Assembly (NCBI RefSeq): GCF_042651185.1
Contig: NZ_JBHSCL010000002.1
Location: forward strand, 1 to 32,000
Direction: 5' to 3'
Length of the DNA: 32,000 bases
Source of the DNA: Flagellimonas marina
GTDB lineage: Bacteria > Bacteroidota > Bacteroidia > Flavobacteriales > Flavobacteriaceae
Part shown: in pieces, positions 7,845 to 16,811 of the stretch
Position numbering within the stretch: position 1 is the first letter of the stretch
Layout of the letters: each line of letters opens with the position of its first letter
Position numbers and translations under genes: made by a program
Notes under the pieces: generated by a model
The model's database searches: none
Seen by the model: the letters and a program-made list of their open reading frames with translations, nothing else
Told to the model about the DNA's origin: nothing

Positions 7845-8849
7845 TCATTGCTTGACAAAAGCTTCAAATCCAGAGGTCATGAATTCTTGGGTATTGCCGT
7901 TTTCATCCAAGTAAATGATATAAGCCTCAAGGTCATCATGTTTCTCTAACACCTTCTTGGACTCTTTTAAATCCATGGCCATAAAACTGGTGGCGTAGGC
8001 ATCCGCCATTGCGCAGGTATTAGCCACAACGCTGGTCGCCAATACATATGAATTTTGCGTATAGCCGGTCTTGGGGTTGATGGTATGGACATATTTTTCT
8101 CCGGTTTCTGGGTCAATTCTGAACTTTCGGTAATTCCCGGATGAAGCCATGGCTTTGTCTTCCAAAGAAACAATCAATTTTAATTGACGGCCTGTTTCCA
8201 CTTGGGGGTCATCAATACCTACGGTCCATTGTTTTCCTGAAACAAGATTGGTTCCCTTAGCCAAAACCTCGCCTCCTACTTCCACCAAATAATTTTCAAT
8301 GCCCTTGCCATCTAAAAGTGCCCCTAAACGGTCTATGGCATAGCCCTTGGCTACGGCATTAAAGTCAAAACGGATGGCAGGATTTGCCTTAGTAATGGTA
8401 TTGTCGCCTTTCAACTGTACTTTATTCCATCCTACATAGCTCAGCAAGCTATCTACCCTGAGGCTATCCAACTGAATCTGTTCTCCAGGACCAAACCCCC
8501 AAGCATTGGCCAAAACGCCAATTGTGGGGTCAAAATAGCCGTTTGAGGCTTGGTGTACCTCAGTGGAGATATCAAAAACTTCTTTAAACATGTCATCCAC
8601 CACTACTGTTGAGTCTCCCTCGTTGATTTTGGATATATCTGATGTGGGAAGATAGGTGGACATGGACTGATTGACTGCCTGAAAGACAGAATCAATCTCC
8701 TGTTGGTAGTCCAAGCTTTCATCAGAAATGTAAATGATGGAGTACGAAGTGCCCAAAGCACCGCCTGTATTTTGATTTTTGACCCATTGCGGAGAGTTGC
8801 ATCCCAAAAACAACAATCCTACGGTAAAAAGAAGTACGTTTTTCAACAT
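7845..8849 (-). CDS. apbE: FAD:protein FMN transferase (flavin transferase ApbE), lipoprotein
   Basis: 334 aa. Lipobox LLFLGC, then MGT.Y-like GTSYSI, DPTIG, KGYAIDR and a C-terminal ATS.ADAYATS motif typical of the ApbE family. It lies downstream of the nqr operon, whose NqrB and NqrC subunits it flavinylates. Confidence 0.9.
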   Translation of the reverse strand: MLKNVLLFTVGLLFLGCNSPQWVKNQNTGGALGTSYSIIYISDESLDYQQEIDSVFQAVNQSMSTYLPTSDISKINEGDSTVVVDDMFKEVFDISTEVHQASNGYFDPTIGVLANAWGFGPGEQIQLDSLRVDSLLSYVGWNKVQLKGDNTITKANPAIRFDFNAVAKGYAIDRLGALLDGKGIENYLVEVGGEVLAKGTNLVSGKQWTVGIDDPQVETGRQLKLIVSLEDKAMASSGNYRKFRIDPETGEKYVHTINPKTGYTQNSYVLATSVVANTCAMADAYATSFMAMDLKESKKVLEKHDDLEAYIIYLDENGNTQEFMTSGFEAFVKQ

Positions 8850-9208
8850 TATATTTCAATCAATCCTTGATAATCCACAATATATTCTTCATTCAAACAC
8901 AATGGAAGCTCTTGGTCAGCGGCATTGGAAAGTCCAACCCCGGCAAAATAGGTCTTTGCCTCAAACTTATTGGCATGGTCTTTTACGGTCAACATTAATT
9001 CCTCATCGTACTCCCTTGGATTGAGTGGAAATTCCACATTACGAACCACGATAAAATGTAGCACCTTTTCTTTAAGACAGACATATTGTGGATTTTTCTT
9101 CAGCTTGCTGTTGATGGCCATAAACTCAAAACCATCCGCTTCAAGTTCGTGGCCTACAATGTTCATGGCTAAGTTATGTAGTTCCTGTTCAGTTAATTCT
9201 CTTCCCAT
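8849..9208 (-). CDS. Hypothetical 119-aa cytoplasmic protein, translationally coupled to apbE
   Basis: ATG..TAA ORF whose stop overlaps the apbE start (TAATG at 8849). No signal peptide or TM segment. The predicted alpha/beta pattern has no motif I can assign. Confidence 0.7.
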   Translation of the reverse strand: MGRELTEQELHNLAMNIVGHELEADGFEFMAINSKLKKNPQYVCLKEKVLHFIVVRNVEFPLNPREYDEELMLTVKDHANKFEAKTYFAGVGLSNAADQELPLCLNEEYIVDYQGLIEI

Positions 9209-9220
9209 ATAGATAAAAAA

Positions 9221-9240
9221 ACCGATGCGTTGGCATCGGT
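9221..9240 (-). terminator. Hairpin plus U-run after nqrF (intra-cluster terminator or attenuator)
   Basis: ACCGATGC-GTTG-GCATCGGT, followed on the minus strand by TTTTTTT. It sits 57 nt after the nqrF stop and 12 nt before the ORF-119 start. Confidence 0.6.
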
Positions 9241-9258
9241 TGGTTTTATAATCATTTA

Positions 9259-9282
9259 CCTCTCGACTGCGCTCGAGGTGAC
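9259..9282. repeat. REP-like imperfect hairpin CCTCTCGACTGCGCTCGAGGTGAC
   Basis: CCTC(T)CGA / TCGAGG stem ending in GGTGAC. The terminal motif is shared with the hairpin at 26781-26805, and a 10-nt half-copy in opposite orientation lies at 7750-7759. Confidence 0.45.
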
Positions 9283-9297
9283 ATTAATAGGTTTTTC

Positions 9298-10608
9298 CTA
9301 TCCTCCAAAGTCATCGAACCTGATATTCTCATCTGGAATACCAAAGTCCTCTCCCATTTTCTGAACCGCCTTGTTCATTAATGGTGGACCACAGAAATAC
9401 AGTTCAATATCTTCTGGAGCCTCATGATGATTCAAATAGTTATCAATAACACAGTTATGGATAAATCCGACAAAACCATCACCTTCTTCGTCATTAATAT
9501 CTTTTTTAACCTTCCAATTGTCCTCTTCCAAAGGCTCTGAAAGCGCCATATAGAACTTAAAGTTGGGGAAGTTTCTTTCCAATTCCTTGAAGTGCTCAAT
9601 ATAGAACAACTCCCGCTTGGAACGTCCTCCGTACCAGTAGGTCACCTTTCTATCGGTCTTCAATGTCTTGAATAAGTGGTACAAGTGCGAACGCATGGGT
9701 GCCATACCTGCTCCCCCGCCCACATATAGCATTTCTGCATCAGACTCGTTGATGAAGAATTCGCCAAACGGACCTGAAATGGTTACGGGGTCACCTTCTT
9801 TAAGACTAAAAATATAGGATGATGCAATACCTGGATTTACATCCATCCATCCATTTTTAGAACGGTCCCACGGTGGGGTCGCAATACGCACGTTCAACAT
9901 GATCTCGCGGCCCTCTGCTGGGTAGGAGGCCATGGAATAGGCACGTTCTACCGTTTCCGGATTCTTCATGACCAAGGGCCACAAGTTGAACTTGTCCCAC
10001 TCGGCCTGAAACTTATCTGGCGTTTCATGTTCCTTCGGGTGGGCCGTAATATCAATGTCAGAATATTTTATTTCGCAAGGGGGTATCTCAATTTGGATGT
10101 ACCCACCGGCCTTGTAGTTCATATCCTCCGGAATCTCCACCACAAACTCTTTGATGAACGAAGCTACATTATAGTTACGCACTACTTTGGCATCCCATTT
10201 TTTAATACCGAAAACTTCTTCTGGAATGGTAATTTCCATATCCTGCTTTACCTTGACCTGACAGGCCAACCGGGCTCCTTCACTCAACTCTTTTTTGGAA
10301 AAGTGAGGGGTTTCTGTGGGAAGTGCTTCCCCACCTCCTGAAAGTACGTGGCATTCACACTGGATACAGGTTCCACCACCACCACAAGCAGACGGTAAGA
10401 AAACCTTTTGATTCCCCAAGGTTGACAGCAAAGAGCTTCCCGAAGCTACCTCAATTTCCTTTTCACCATTTATGGTAATGGTGACAGGACCAGATGGGGA
10501 TAATTTTTCCTTGGTGAACAGTAAAAGTGCCACCAACAATAACAACAATACAAGAAATGCTACTATGGTAATTAAAATGGTACCTCCAGTGCTTGCGGCT
10601 AAAATCAT
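9298..10608 (-). CDS. nqrF: Na+-translocating NADH:quinone reductase subunit F
   Basis: 436 aa. N-terminal TM helix, 2Fe-2S ferredoxin cysteines ([13 protein letters not shown]), an RAYSMAS FAD motif and an NAD-binding domain ([10 protein letters not shown]). Confidence 0.95.
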   Translation of the reverse strand: MILAASTGGTILITIVAFLVLLLLLVALLLFTKEKLSPSGPVTITINGEKEIEVASGSSLLSTLGNQKVFLPSACGGGGTCIQCECHVLSGGGEALPTETPHFSKKELSEGARLACQVKVKQDMEITIPEEVFGIKKWDAKVVRNYNVASFIKEFVVEIPEDMNYKAGGYIQIEIPPCEIKYSDIDITAHPKEHETPDKFQAEWDKFNLWPLVMKNPETVERAYSMASYPAEGREIMLNVRIATPPWDRSKNGWMDVNPGIASSYIFSLKEGDPVTISGPFGEFFINESDAEMLYVGGGAGMAPMRSHLYHLFKTLKTDRKVTYWYGGRSKRELFYIEHFKELERNFPNFKFYMALSEPLEEDNWKVKKDINDEEGDGFVGFIHNCVIDNYLNHHEAPEDIELYFCGPPLMNKAVQKMGEDFGIPDENIRFDDFGG

Positions 10609-10610
10609 CT

Positions 10611-11354
10611 TTATTTGTTTATAACTTCGTTATAGGAAACTGCTTTTTCTTTATCCTCAATCTCCTTTTTGATTTCTTTTTCCTCTTTGTTCTCAGCTTT
10701 CACTGTAGTGGTTTCTGTTCCTTCTGGCGGATCATTGTCACCCGTCAACATTCCCCCAAAACTTTGAAACCCTATTCCCATCAAACCAGTGATGATGAAT
10801 GTGATTCCCAACCCACGCAAAGGAGCAGGAACATTGGAATAGCGAATTTTTTCACGGATGGCCGCTATTGCCAAAATGGCCAAGAACCAACCAATTCCAG
10901 AACTTATTCCGTAGTTGAAGGCCAATCCTATATTAGGGATTTCACGAGTCTGCATAAATAAGGACCCACCCAAAATGGCACAGTTTACCGCAATCAATGG
11001 CAAAAAGATACCCAATGAGTTATAGAGTGCCGGAGAGAACTTCTCCACCACAATCTCCACCAATTGTACCATGGTGGCAATGGTTGCAATGAATAAGATG
11101 AAGGAAAGGAATCCCAAATCATAATCGGCATATTCTGGTCCCAACCAGGCCAACGCACCATCCTTCAACAAATATTGGTCCAACAACCAGTTCAAAGGAA
11201 CAGTAACGCCCAACACGAAGATTACGGCAGCTCCCAAACCAACGGCTGTGGTTACTTTTTTGGATACGGCCAAATAGGAACACATCCCTAAAAAGACCGA
11301 AAACACCATGTTGTCTATAAAAATCGACTTAAAAAATAGCTCTAAATGCTCCAT
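10611..11354 (-). CDS. nqrE: Na+-translocating NADH:quinone reductase subunit E (with charged C-terminal extension)
   Basis: Polytopic membrane protein with NqrE/RnfA-type sequence ([31 protein letters not shown]). Position in the operon fits. Confidence 0.95.
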   Translation of the reverse strand: MEHLELFFKSIFIDNMVFSVFLGMCSYLAVSKKVTTAVGLGAAVIFVLGVTVPLNWLLDQYLLKDGALAWLGPEYADYDLGFLSFILFIATIATMVQLVEIVVEKFSPALYNSLGIFLPLIAVNCAILGGSLFMQTREIPNIGLAFNYGISSGIGWFLAILAIAAIREKIRYSNVPAPLRGLGITFIITGLMGIGFQSFGGMLTGDNDPPEGTETTTVKAENKEEKEIKKEIEDKEKAVSYNEVINK

Positions 11355-11365
11355 ATCTTCTTAGT

Positions 11366-12013
11366 TTATGCTTCTTCTATCAACGCTCTGTTTCTGGAAC
11401 GCTGTACCCAAATTATGATTCCCACAACTATCAAGGCTGCTGGTGGAATAATCATGAATCCATTGTTCTCGTAACCTATGGAATAGAGTCCAGTTTTGGC
11501 AACAGGGTCTCCAAGTACTTTCATTCCAAACAAAGTTCCCGAACCAAGAAGCTCTCTGAAAAATCCAACAATCACCAAAATAACTCCATATCCCAAGGCA
11601 TTTCCGATACCATCCAAAAACGATCTCCAAAGTCCGTTGCCCAAAGCAAAGGCTTCAAATCGTCCCATAATGATACAGTTGGTAATAATAAGTCCCACAA
11701 ATACAGAAAGCGTTTTGCTCAATTCATAGGCGAATGCTTTCAGTACTTGATCCACTACGATTACCAAGGTGGCCACAACCACCAATTGAACAATGATTCT
11801 AATTTTTGATGGAATTAGATTTCGCAATAGGGATATAACCACGTTACCCACGCCCATCACAAATAATACTGATATGGCCATCACAACGGATGCCTTGAGC
11901 TCTGCCGTGATTGCCAGCGCTGAACAAATACCCAGAACTTGAATAGTAATGGGGTTATTGTCCGCCAAAGGGTCCATTATCAGATTTGCATCTTTTTTAG
12001 ATAGTAGCGCCAT
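11366..12013 (-). CDS. nqrD: Na+-translocating NADH:quinone reductase subunit D
   Basis: 215 aa, NqrD/RnfE-type (DNNPITIQVLGICSALAIT..IITNCIIMGR). Confidence 0.95.
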   Translation of the reverse strand: MALLSKKDANLIMDPLADNNPITIQVLGICSALAITAELKASVVMAISVLFVMGVGNVVISLLRNLIPSKIRIIVQLVVVATLVIVVDQVLKAFAYELSKTLSVFVGLIITNCIIMGRFEAFALGNGLWRSFLDGIGNALGYGVILVIVGFFRELLGSGTLFGMKVLGDPVAKTGLYSIGYENNGFMIIPPAALIVVGIIIWVQRSRNRALIEEA

Positions 12014-12014
12014 T

Positions 12015-12764
12015 TTATTTTTTTCTTACAGTTTCTAAATACGGTTTGTAAAGCTTTAAAGCGTCTTTGATCATTGCTGAAACGCCATCTCCTGTTATGG
12101 TAGCGCCAGCCAATGCATCCACTTCGTTATCGTCCTTGTTCTGGTTTAAAGGGTCATTGTTTCCTTTGGCCACGGCAATACCGGCGTAGCGGTTACCGTC
12201 CATAATGGATTCGCCTTCAAAATCGTCCATGAAAAAACGCTGATTGATGTTGGCCCCAAGCCCAGGTGTCTCTCCCTTATGGTCAAAGAAAACACCTTGC
12301 ACCACCATGTTCTCATCCACGGACATAAAGCCCCAGATGGCATCCCACAGTCCTTTTCCATATAAAGGAATAATGTAGTATTCTTTTCCGTCCTTTTCAC
12401 CAATCAACAAAGGTAATTCTGCATTGCCTCCACTTTTAATGGTGCTGAGCTGCTTTTTCATATCTATCAAATAGGCATCTTGCTTTTCCTTGGCCTCTGA
12501 ACCTTCAATCACCAACTGTTCCTTGATGTATTTAGAAAATTCACTCTCCACATCCGAAGTTGGAACAAAGCTAACGCTGCCTTCTCCTTCATTGTCATTT
12601 ACCCCCATGGCATAGAGGATATTCTGTTGCTTTTCAAACCGCTGGTTTTCATCAACCTTTGGTTTTAACCCCGATGCCAAAAAGGCCAACAGGGAGCCTA
12701 CAACCACTACCATCACAACCGCAAAAATTACGGTATAGCTATTTTTTTCTGTATTGATTGCCAT
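12015..12764 (-). CDS. nqrC: Na+-translocating NADH:quinone reductase subunit C
   Basis: 249 aa with a single N-terminal TM helix. FMN-binding domain with candidate flavinylation site DALAGAT (nt 12099-12119). Confidence 0.9.
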   Translation of the reverse strand: MAINTEKNSYTVIFAVVMVVVVGSLLAFLASGLKPKVDENQRFEKQQNILYAMGVNDNEGEGSVSFVPTSDVESEFSKYIKEQLVIEGSEAKEKQDAYLIDMKKQLSTIKSGGNAELPLLIGEKDGKEYYIIPLYGKGLWDAIWGFMSVDENMVVQGVFFDHKGETPGLGANINQRFFMDDFEGESIMDGNRYAGIAVAKGNNDPLNQNKDDNEVDALAGATITGDGVSAMIKDALKLYKPYLETVRKK

Positions 12765-12766
12765 AA

Positions 12767-14032
12767 TTAAGCTGTTTCCGTTTTTAATGCATCAACTTCT
12801 TCATCCGAAGCTTTGGGATAAATAGTTGCTGTCTTCAATCGTTTCAATCTCTTTTTAACGTTGCCCCGTACCACGTAATGATCAATAGTCGGTGCAAATA
12901 CATTCATCAACAAAATGGCCAAGAACACCCCTTCTGGATACCCTGGGTTGAATACGCGAATCATAACGGACATGAATCCTATCAAAAATCCGTAGATCCA
13001 TTTTCCCTTATTGGTCTGGGACCCTGTTACGGGATCAGTAGCCATGAACACAATACCAAAGATAAGCCCACCTACCAACAGATGCTGCCAGTATGGGAAG
13101 CTCATTAGAGCATAGAATTTACTGTACTCTGGCAACCAACCTGCATCTACAATACCGTTGAAAATCAAGCCCATGGCCAAGGAACCCAATACGGCACTCA
13201 ACATGATTCGCCATGAGGCTATTTTGGAGAAAATCAAGAATAGACCTCCTAAAACAATCAGTAAGGTTGATGTCTCTCCAACAGAGCCCGGAATAAATCC
13301 GAAAAACATTTCTGCCAAGTCGTATTTTTGATACAATTCTGTTGTATTGCCCTGAGCTAAATACCCCAAAACGGTTTCCCCAGAAATGGCATCAGCGGTA
13401 CCAGCCCTCTCAACGCCCTCATGTACCCAAACCTTATCCCCACTCATCCAAGTTGGATAGGCAAAGAACAAGAAAGCACGAATGGTAAGGGCGGGATTTA
13501 AAATGTTCATTCCCGTTCCCCCAAAAACTTCTTTACCAATGACAACACCAAAGACAACGGCCACGGCTAACATCCAAAGCGGTGTGTCCACAGGAACAAT
13601 CAATGGAACCAACATTCCAGTTACCAAGTAGCCTTCCTCAACCTCGTGACCTTTAATCACCGCGAACAAGAATTCTATGGCCAAACCTACTCCGTAGGAA
13701 ACAATGACCAATGGCAATACTGTAGTGATACCCACCAAAAAGTTTTCCCAAGTCAAAAAATGTTCAAACAAGTCAAAATTCGCTGGAAAACCGTTGATGG
13801 CAGAGTAATGTTGATACCCAGCATTGAACATACCAAACAACAAACACGGCACCAACGACATAATTACAGTGTTCATGGTACGTTTAAGGTCGTCCGCTCC
13901 ACGGATGTGTCCACCGGAATGTGTTGTTTCGTTGGGGGTGTATAGAAATGTATGCAGCGCATTGAAGGCCGGAGCCATTTTTTTGCCCTGATACTTTAAC
14001 TTTAACTGATGTAATTTTTCTTTCATTCCCAT
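12767..14032 (-). CDS. nqrB: Na+-translocating NADH:quinone reductase subunit B
   Basis: 421 aa polytopic membrane protein, NqrB/RnfD-type. Candidate flavinylation site DAISGET (nt 13373-13393). Confidence 0.95.
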   Translation of the reverse strand: MGMKEKLHQLKLKYQGKKMAPAFNALHTFLYTPNETTHSGGHIRGADDLKRTMNTVIMSLVPCLLFGMFNAGYQHYSAINGFPANFDLFEHFLTWENFLVGITTVLPLVIVSYGVGLAIEFLFAVIKGHEVEEGYLVTGMLVPLIVPVDTPLWMLAVAVVFGVVIGKEVFGGTGMNILNPALTIRAFLFFAYPTWMSGDKVWVHEGVERAGTADAISGETVLGYLAQGNTTELYQKYDLAEMFFGFIPGSVGETSTLLIVLGGLFLIFSKIASWRIMLSAVLGSLAMGLIFNGIVDAGWLPEYSKFYALMSFPYWQHLLVGGLIFGIVFMATDPVTGSQTNKGKWIYGFLIGFMSVMIRVFNPGYPEGVFLAILLMNVFAPTIDHYVVRGNVKKRLKRLKTATIYPKASDEEVDALKTETA

Positions 14033-14033
14033 A

Positions 14034-15386
14034 TTATCCTAGTTCTTTTTGCAACAAATCCAATCCTTCCCTGATTATCTGTTGGTGCGGTTGTTTTGAG
14101 ATACATATGAATTCTGTGAGTGAAAAGTCTTCTGGGGCCACTTCATAGAGTCCCAATTGTTCCATTTCATCCAAATCCTTTACCATACAAGCCTTCAACA
14201 ATTGGAGAGGATAGATGTCCAATGGAAATACTTGTTCATATTGACCCGTGACCACAAAAGCACGGTGCTCACCATTGGTATTGGTGTCCAAATCATATTT
14301 TTTCTTTGGTTGAAGCCAAGAAAAAGTAAGTGCCCTGGTGGTTGAAATTTTATTGAAGATAGGTCTGTTCCACCCAAAAAAGTCATAATCGTCCCCTTCT
14401 GGAATGGCGGTAACTGTATTATTGTAGTAGCCCAAGTACCCCTCGGTATTGGTTTTTCTACCGGTAAGCACATCACCGTTGATTAATCTATATCTATCCT
14501 CATTAACACCACTGGCATATAGGAATGTTGAAATTTCCGCTCCTATTTTAGTAGTGTAGTATTTAGGAGCCTTAATGATAGACCCCGAAAGAGCGACAAT
14601 ACGCTCTGCATTGAATTTACCGGTCAACAGAAGCTCCCCTATCAGCACCATATCTTGGGGAGATATGGTCCAAACCACCTCTCCTTTATTTATGGGGTCA
14701 ATTTTATTGATTTGTGTTCCCACCAATCCAGCTGGATGGGGACCTGAAATTTTATGTAATTCAATACCTGAAACATCCACAAAGGGAGACCTACTGGTTT
14801 TTCCAACGGTCACATGGATTTTCCCGGGGGTCAACTTACTCAAGGCCATAACGGCAGCCCCCAACTCCTGTTCTTTACCTTTCAGCACGTAATCCGCATC
14901 AGCAGCCAACGGCGCAGTGGTATAGGCCGAAACAAAAATAGCCTTTGGTGTGGCGTCCGGGTCTGCAATTACATCATAAGGACGTTGTTTTATAAACGGC
15001 CAACCTCCATTCTGCAAAAGGAAGGTCTTAATGGTGTCTGCATCGGCAGTATCCAAATCAGGAACCTTACTTTGCGTATACTTCTGGGTTTTGTCAGCAA
15101 GAATCTTGAGAGTCAAGATTCTTCTACGCGCACCACGAACAATTTCAATCAACTCCCCACTGACCGGAGAGACAAAATGCATTTCTTCGTTGTTCTTGTT
15201 ATAGAAAAGAGGTTCTCCCGCTTTTACCTCCTCACCCTGCTTGATAAGCATTTTGGGGGTGATTCCATGAAAATCATCTAGGTTTAGGGCATACACGTTA
15301 CTTAAAACGGCTTTGGAAGTAGTCTGTTCTGCTGCCCCGATGAGGTTGATGTTCAACCCCTTTCTAATCCGGATGTCTTTAGACAT
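14034..15386 (-). CDS. nqrA: Na+-translocating NADH:quinone reductase subunit A
   Basis: 450 aa. N-terminus IRIRKGLNINLIGAAE is typical of NqrA, and it is the first gene of a tightly packed six-gene operon (gaps of 1-11 nt). Confidence 0.95.
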   Translation of the reverse strand: MSKDIRIRKGLNINLIGAAEQTTSKAVLSNVYALNLDDFHGITPKMLIKQGEEVKAGEPLFYNKNNEEMHFVSPVSGELIEIVRGARRRILTLKILADKTQKYTQSKVPDLDTADADTIKTFLLQNGGWPFIKQRPYDVIADPDATPKAIFVSAYTTAPLAADADYVLKGKEQELGAAVMALSKLTPGKIHVTVGKTSRSPFVDVSGIELHKISGPHPAGLVGTQINKIDPINKGEVVWTISPQDMVLIGELLLTGKFNAERIVALSGSIIKAPKYYTTKIGAEISTFLYASGVNEDRYRLINGDVLTGRKTNTEGYLGYYNNTVTAIPEGDDYDFFGWNRPIFNKISTTRALTFSWLQPKKKYDLDTNTNGEHRAFVVTGQYEQVFPLDIYPLQLLKACMVKDLDEMEQLGLYEVAPEDFSLTEFICISKQPHQQIIREGLDLLQKELG

Positions 15387-15420
15387 ATTGTTGTAGACCT
15401 TTTGTTATCAAAATCGGTGG

Positions 15421-15428
15421 CAAATTTA
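15421..15428 (-). promoter_or_regulatory. -7 box TAAATTTG (minus strand), candidate nqr operon promoter
   Basis: Plus-strand CAAATTTA is the reverse complement of TAAATTTG, 34 nt upstream of the nqrA ATG (15386). A small palindrome TTTTGTTATCAAAA (15400-13) lies in the presumed 5' UTR. Confidence 0.45.
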
Positions 15429-15537
15429 CTACTAAAAGGGATGTTTTCATAATTATTAACCATAAAATTGGGATTACATCGACCTAAATTTTCAAGGCAC
15501 ACTTTTTGTTTACCTTTACCCAAAAAATAAGGCCTAA

Positions 15538-16782
15538 ATGCGCTTTTTGATCAAACAAATATTTTTTTTGTGCTGTATAACCAGTGTTTTCGCGCAAGTT
15601 CAGCATGAGGTAAATCCTCCAGAAAACATAAAGACCATCATTTTTAGAGGACCAACGGAAGATCAGTTTCCCATTATTCAGTTGGGTGAATCCATGACGC
15701 TGGAATTTGATGACCTTACTGCCAATGAACAGGACTATTATTATAAAATAATCCACTGCGATTACGATTGGACCCCATCCCAGCTTCTAAAATCGCAGTA
15801 TTTGGTAGGGAACGACAACCAGCGCATCATTGACTATGAAAACAGTTACACCACCTTGCAGCCCTATTCCAACTACAGATTGAGCATTCCTAATGAAAAT
15901 GTTCGACTGAAGGTCAGTGGAAATTATGTGCTGGAAATTTATAATAGCTATGGTGACCTTCAATTTTCAAGAAGGTTTGTTGTATATCAAGATGCTTTGG
16001 CCGTAGGCGGTGTGGTGAAGCGCTCTCGGGATTTTAATTTTCTGAATGAAAAGCAGGTAGTGCAGTTTACTATTAATACCGCTTCATTTACCGTAGTAAA
16101 CCCCAAGAATGAGATAAAGGTCGCCATTTTACAGAATCATTACTGGCCAACAGCACTGTATAATATTAAGCCCCAATACACCATTGGGTCTGAACTGGTC
16201 TATAAATACGATCAGGAAACTAGTTTTTATGGGGGCAATGAGTTTCTGAATTTTGACACCAAGGACCTTCGCTCTCCCACATTCGCAATCTCCCGTATTG
16301 AATTTGAGGATGTTTACCACCACTACCTGTTCACCAACGAATATAGAAACGATCAGCCTTACACCTATTTCCCCGATATCAACGGAGACTTTGTGGTACG
16401 AACCCTGCAAGGCGAAGATGTTTCACGCGAAGCGGAGTACACTAAGGTGCATTTCAGCCTTCCCTATACCAATGAGATTGGGCTGGACAATGTATATGTG
16501 GTTGGAAAGTTCAATAATTATGGTCTTTCAGAAGAAAACAAAATGACCTTCAATGAGGAGACTGGAAAATTTGAAGCTACCTTACTGATGAAACAAGGCT
16601 TTTATAACTACAAGTATGTTGTTGAACGAGCCGATGGAACTTTGGAACCCAACTTCGTGAGCGGTGATTTCCACTTTACCGAAAACAATTATCTCATTCT
16701 GGTCTACTATAGAAATTTTGGTGAGCTATATGACAGTATAATAGGTATAGGTTCCGTGAATTCCAGAACTATCAGCAATTAA
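15538..16782 (+). CDS. Secreted DUF5103-like protein (possibly the T9SS 'plug' family)
   Basis: 414 aa with signal peptide ..CCITSVFAQ. Features LEFDDL..DYYYKIIHCDYDW and a C-terminal GFYNYKYV E-set/CBM48-like motif, as I recall for DUF5103. Assigned from memory, not searched. Confidence 0.5.
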   Translation: MRFLIKQIFFLCCITSVFAQVQHEVNPPENIKTIIFRGPTEDQFPIIQLGESMTLEFDDLTANEQDYYYKIIHCDYDWTPSQLLKSQYLVGNDNQRIIDYENSYTTLQPYSNYRLSIPNENVRLKVSGNYVLEIYNSYGDLQFSRRFVVYQDALAVGGVVKRSRDFNFLNEKQVVQFTINTASFTVVNPKNEIKVAILQNHYWPTALYNIKPQYTIGSELVYKYDQETSFYGGNEFLNFDTKDLRSPTFAISRIEFEDVYHHYLFTNEYRNDQPYTYFPDINGDFVVRTLQGEDVSREAEYTKVHFSLPYTNEIGLDNVYVVGKFNNYGLSEENKMTFNEETGKFEATLLMKQGFYNYKYVVERADGTLEPNFVSGDFHFTENNYLILVYYRNFGELYDSIIGIGSVNSRTISN

Positions 16783-16811
16783 TTATCTTAGCTTCAAATC
16801 CTTTTTGGGGC

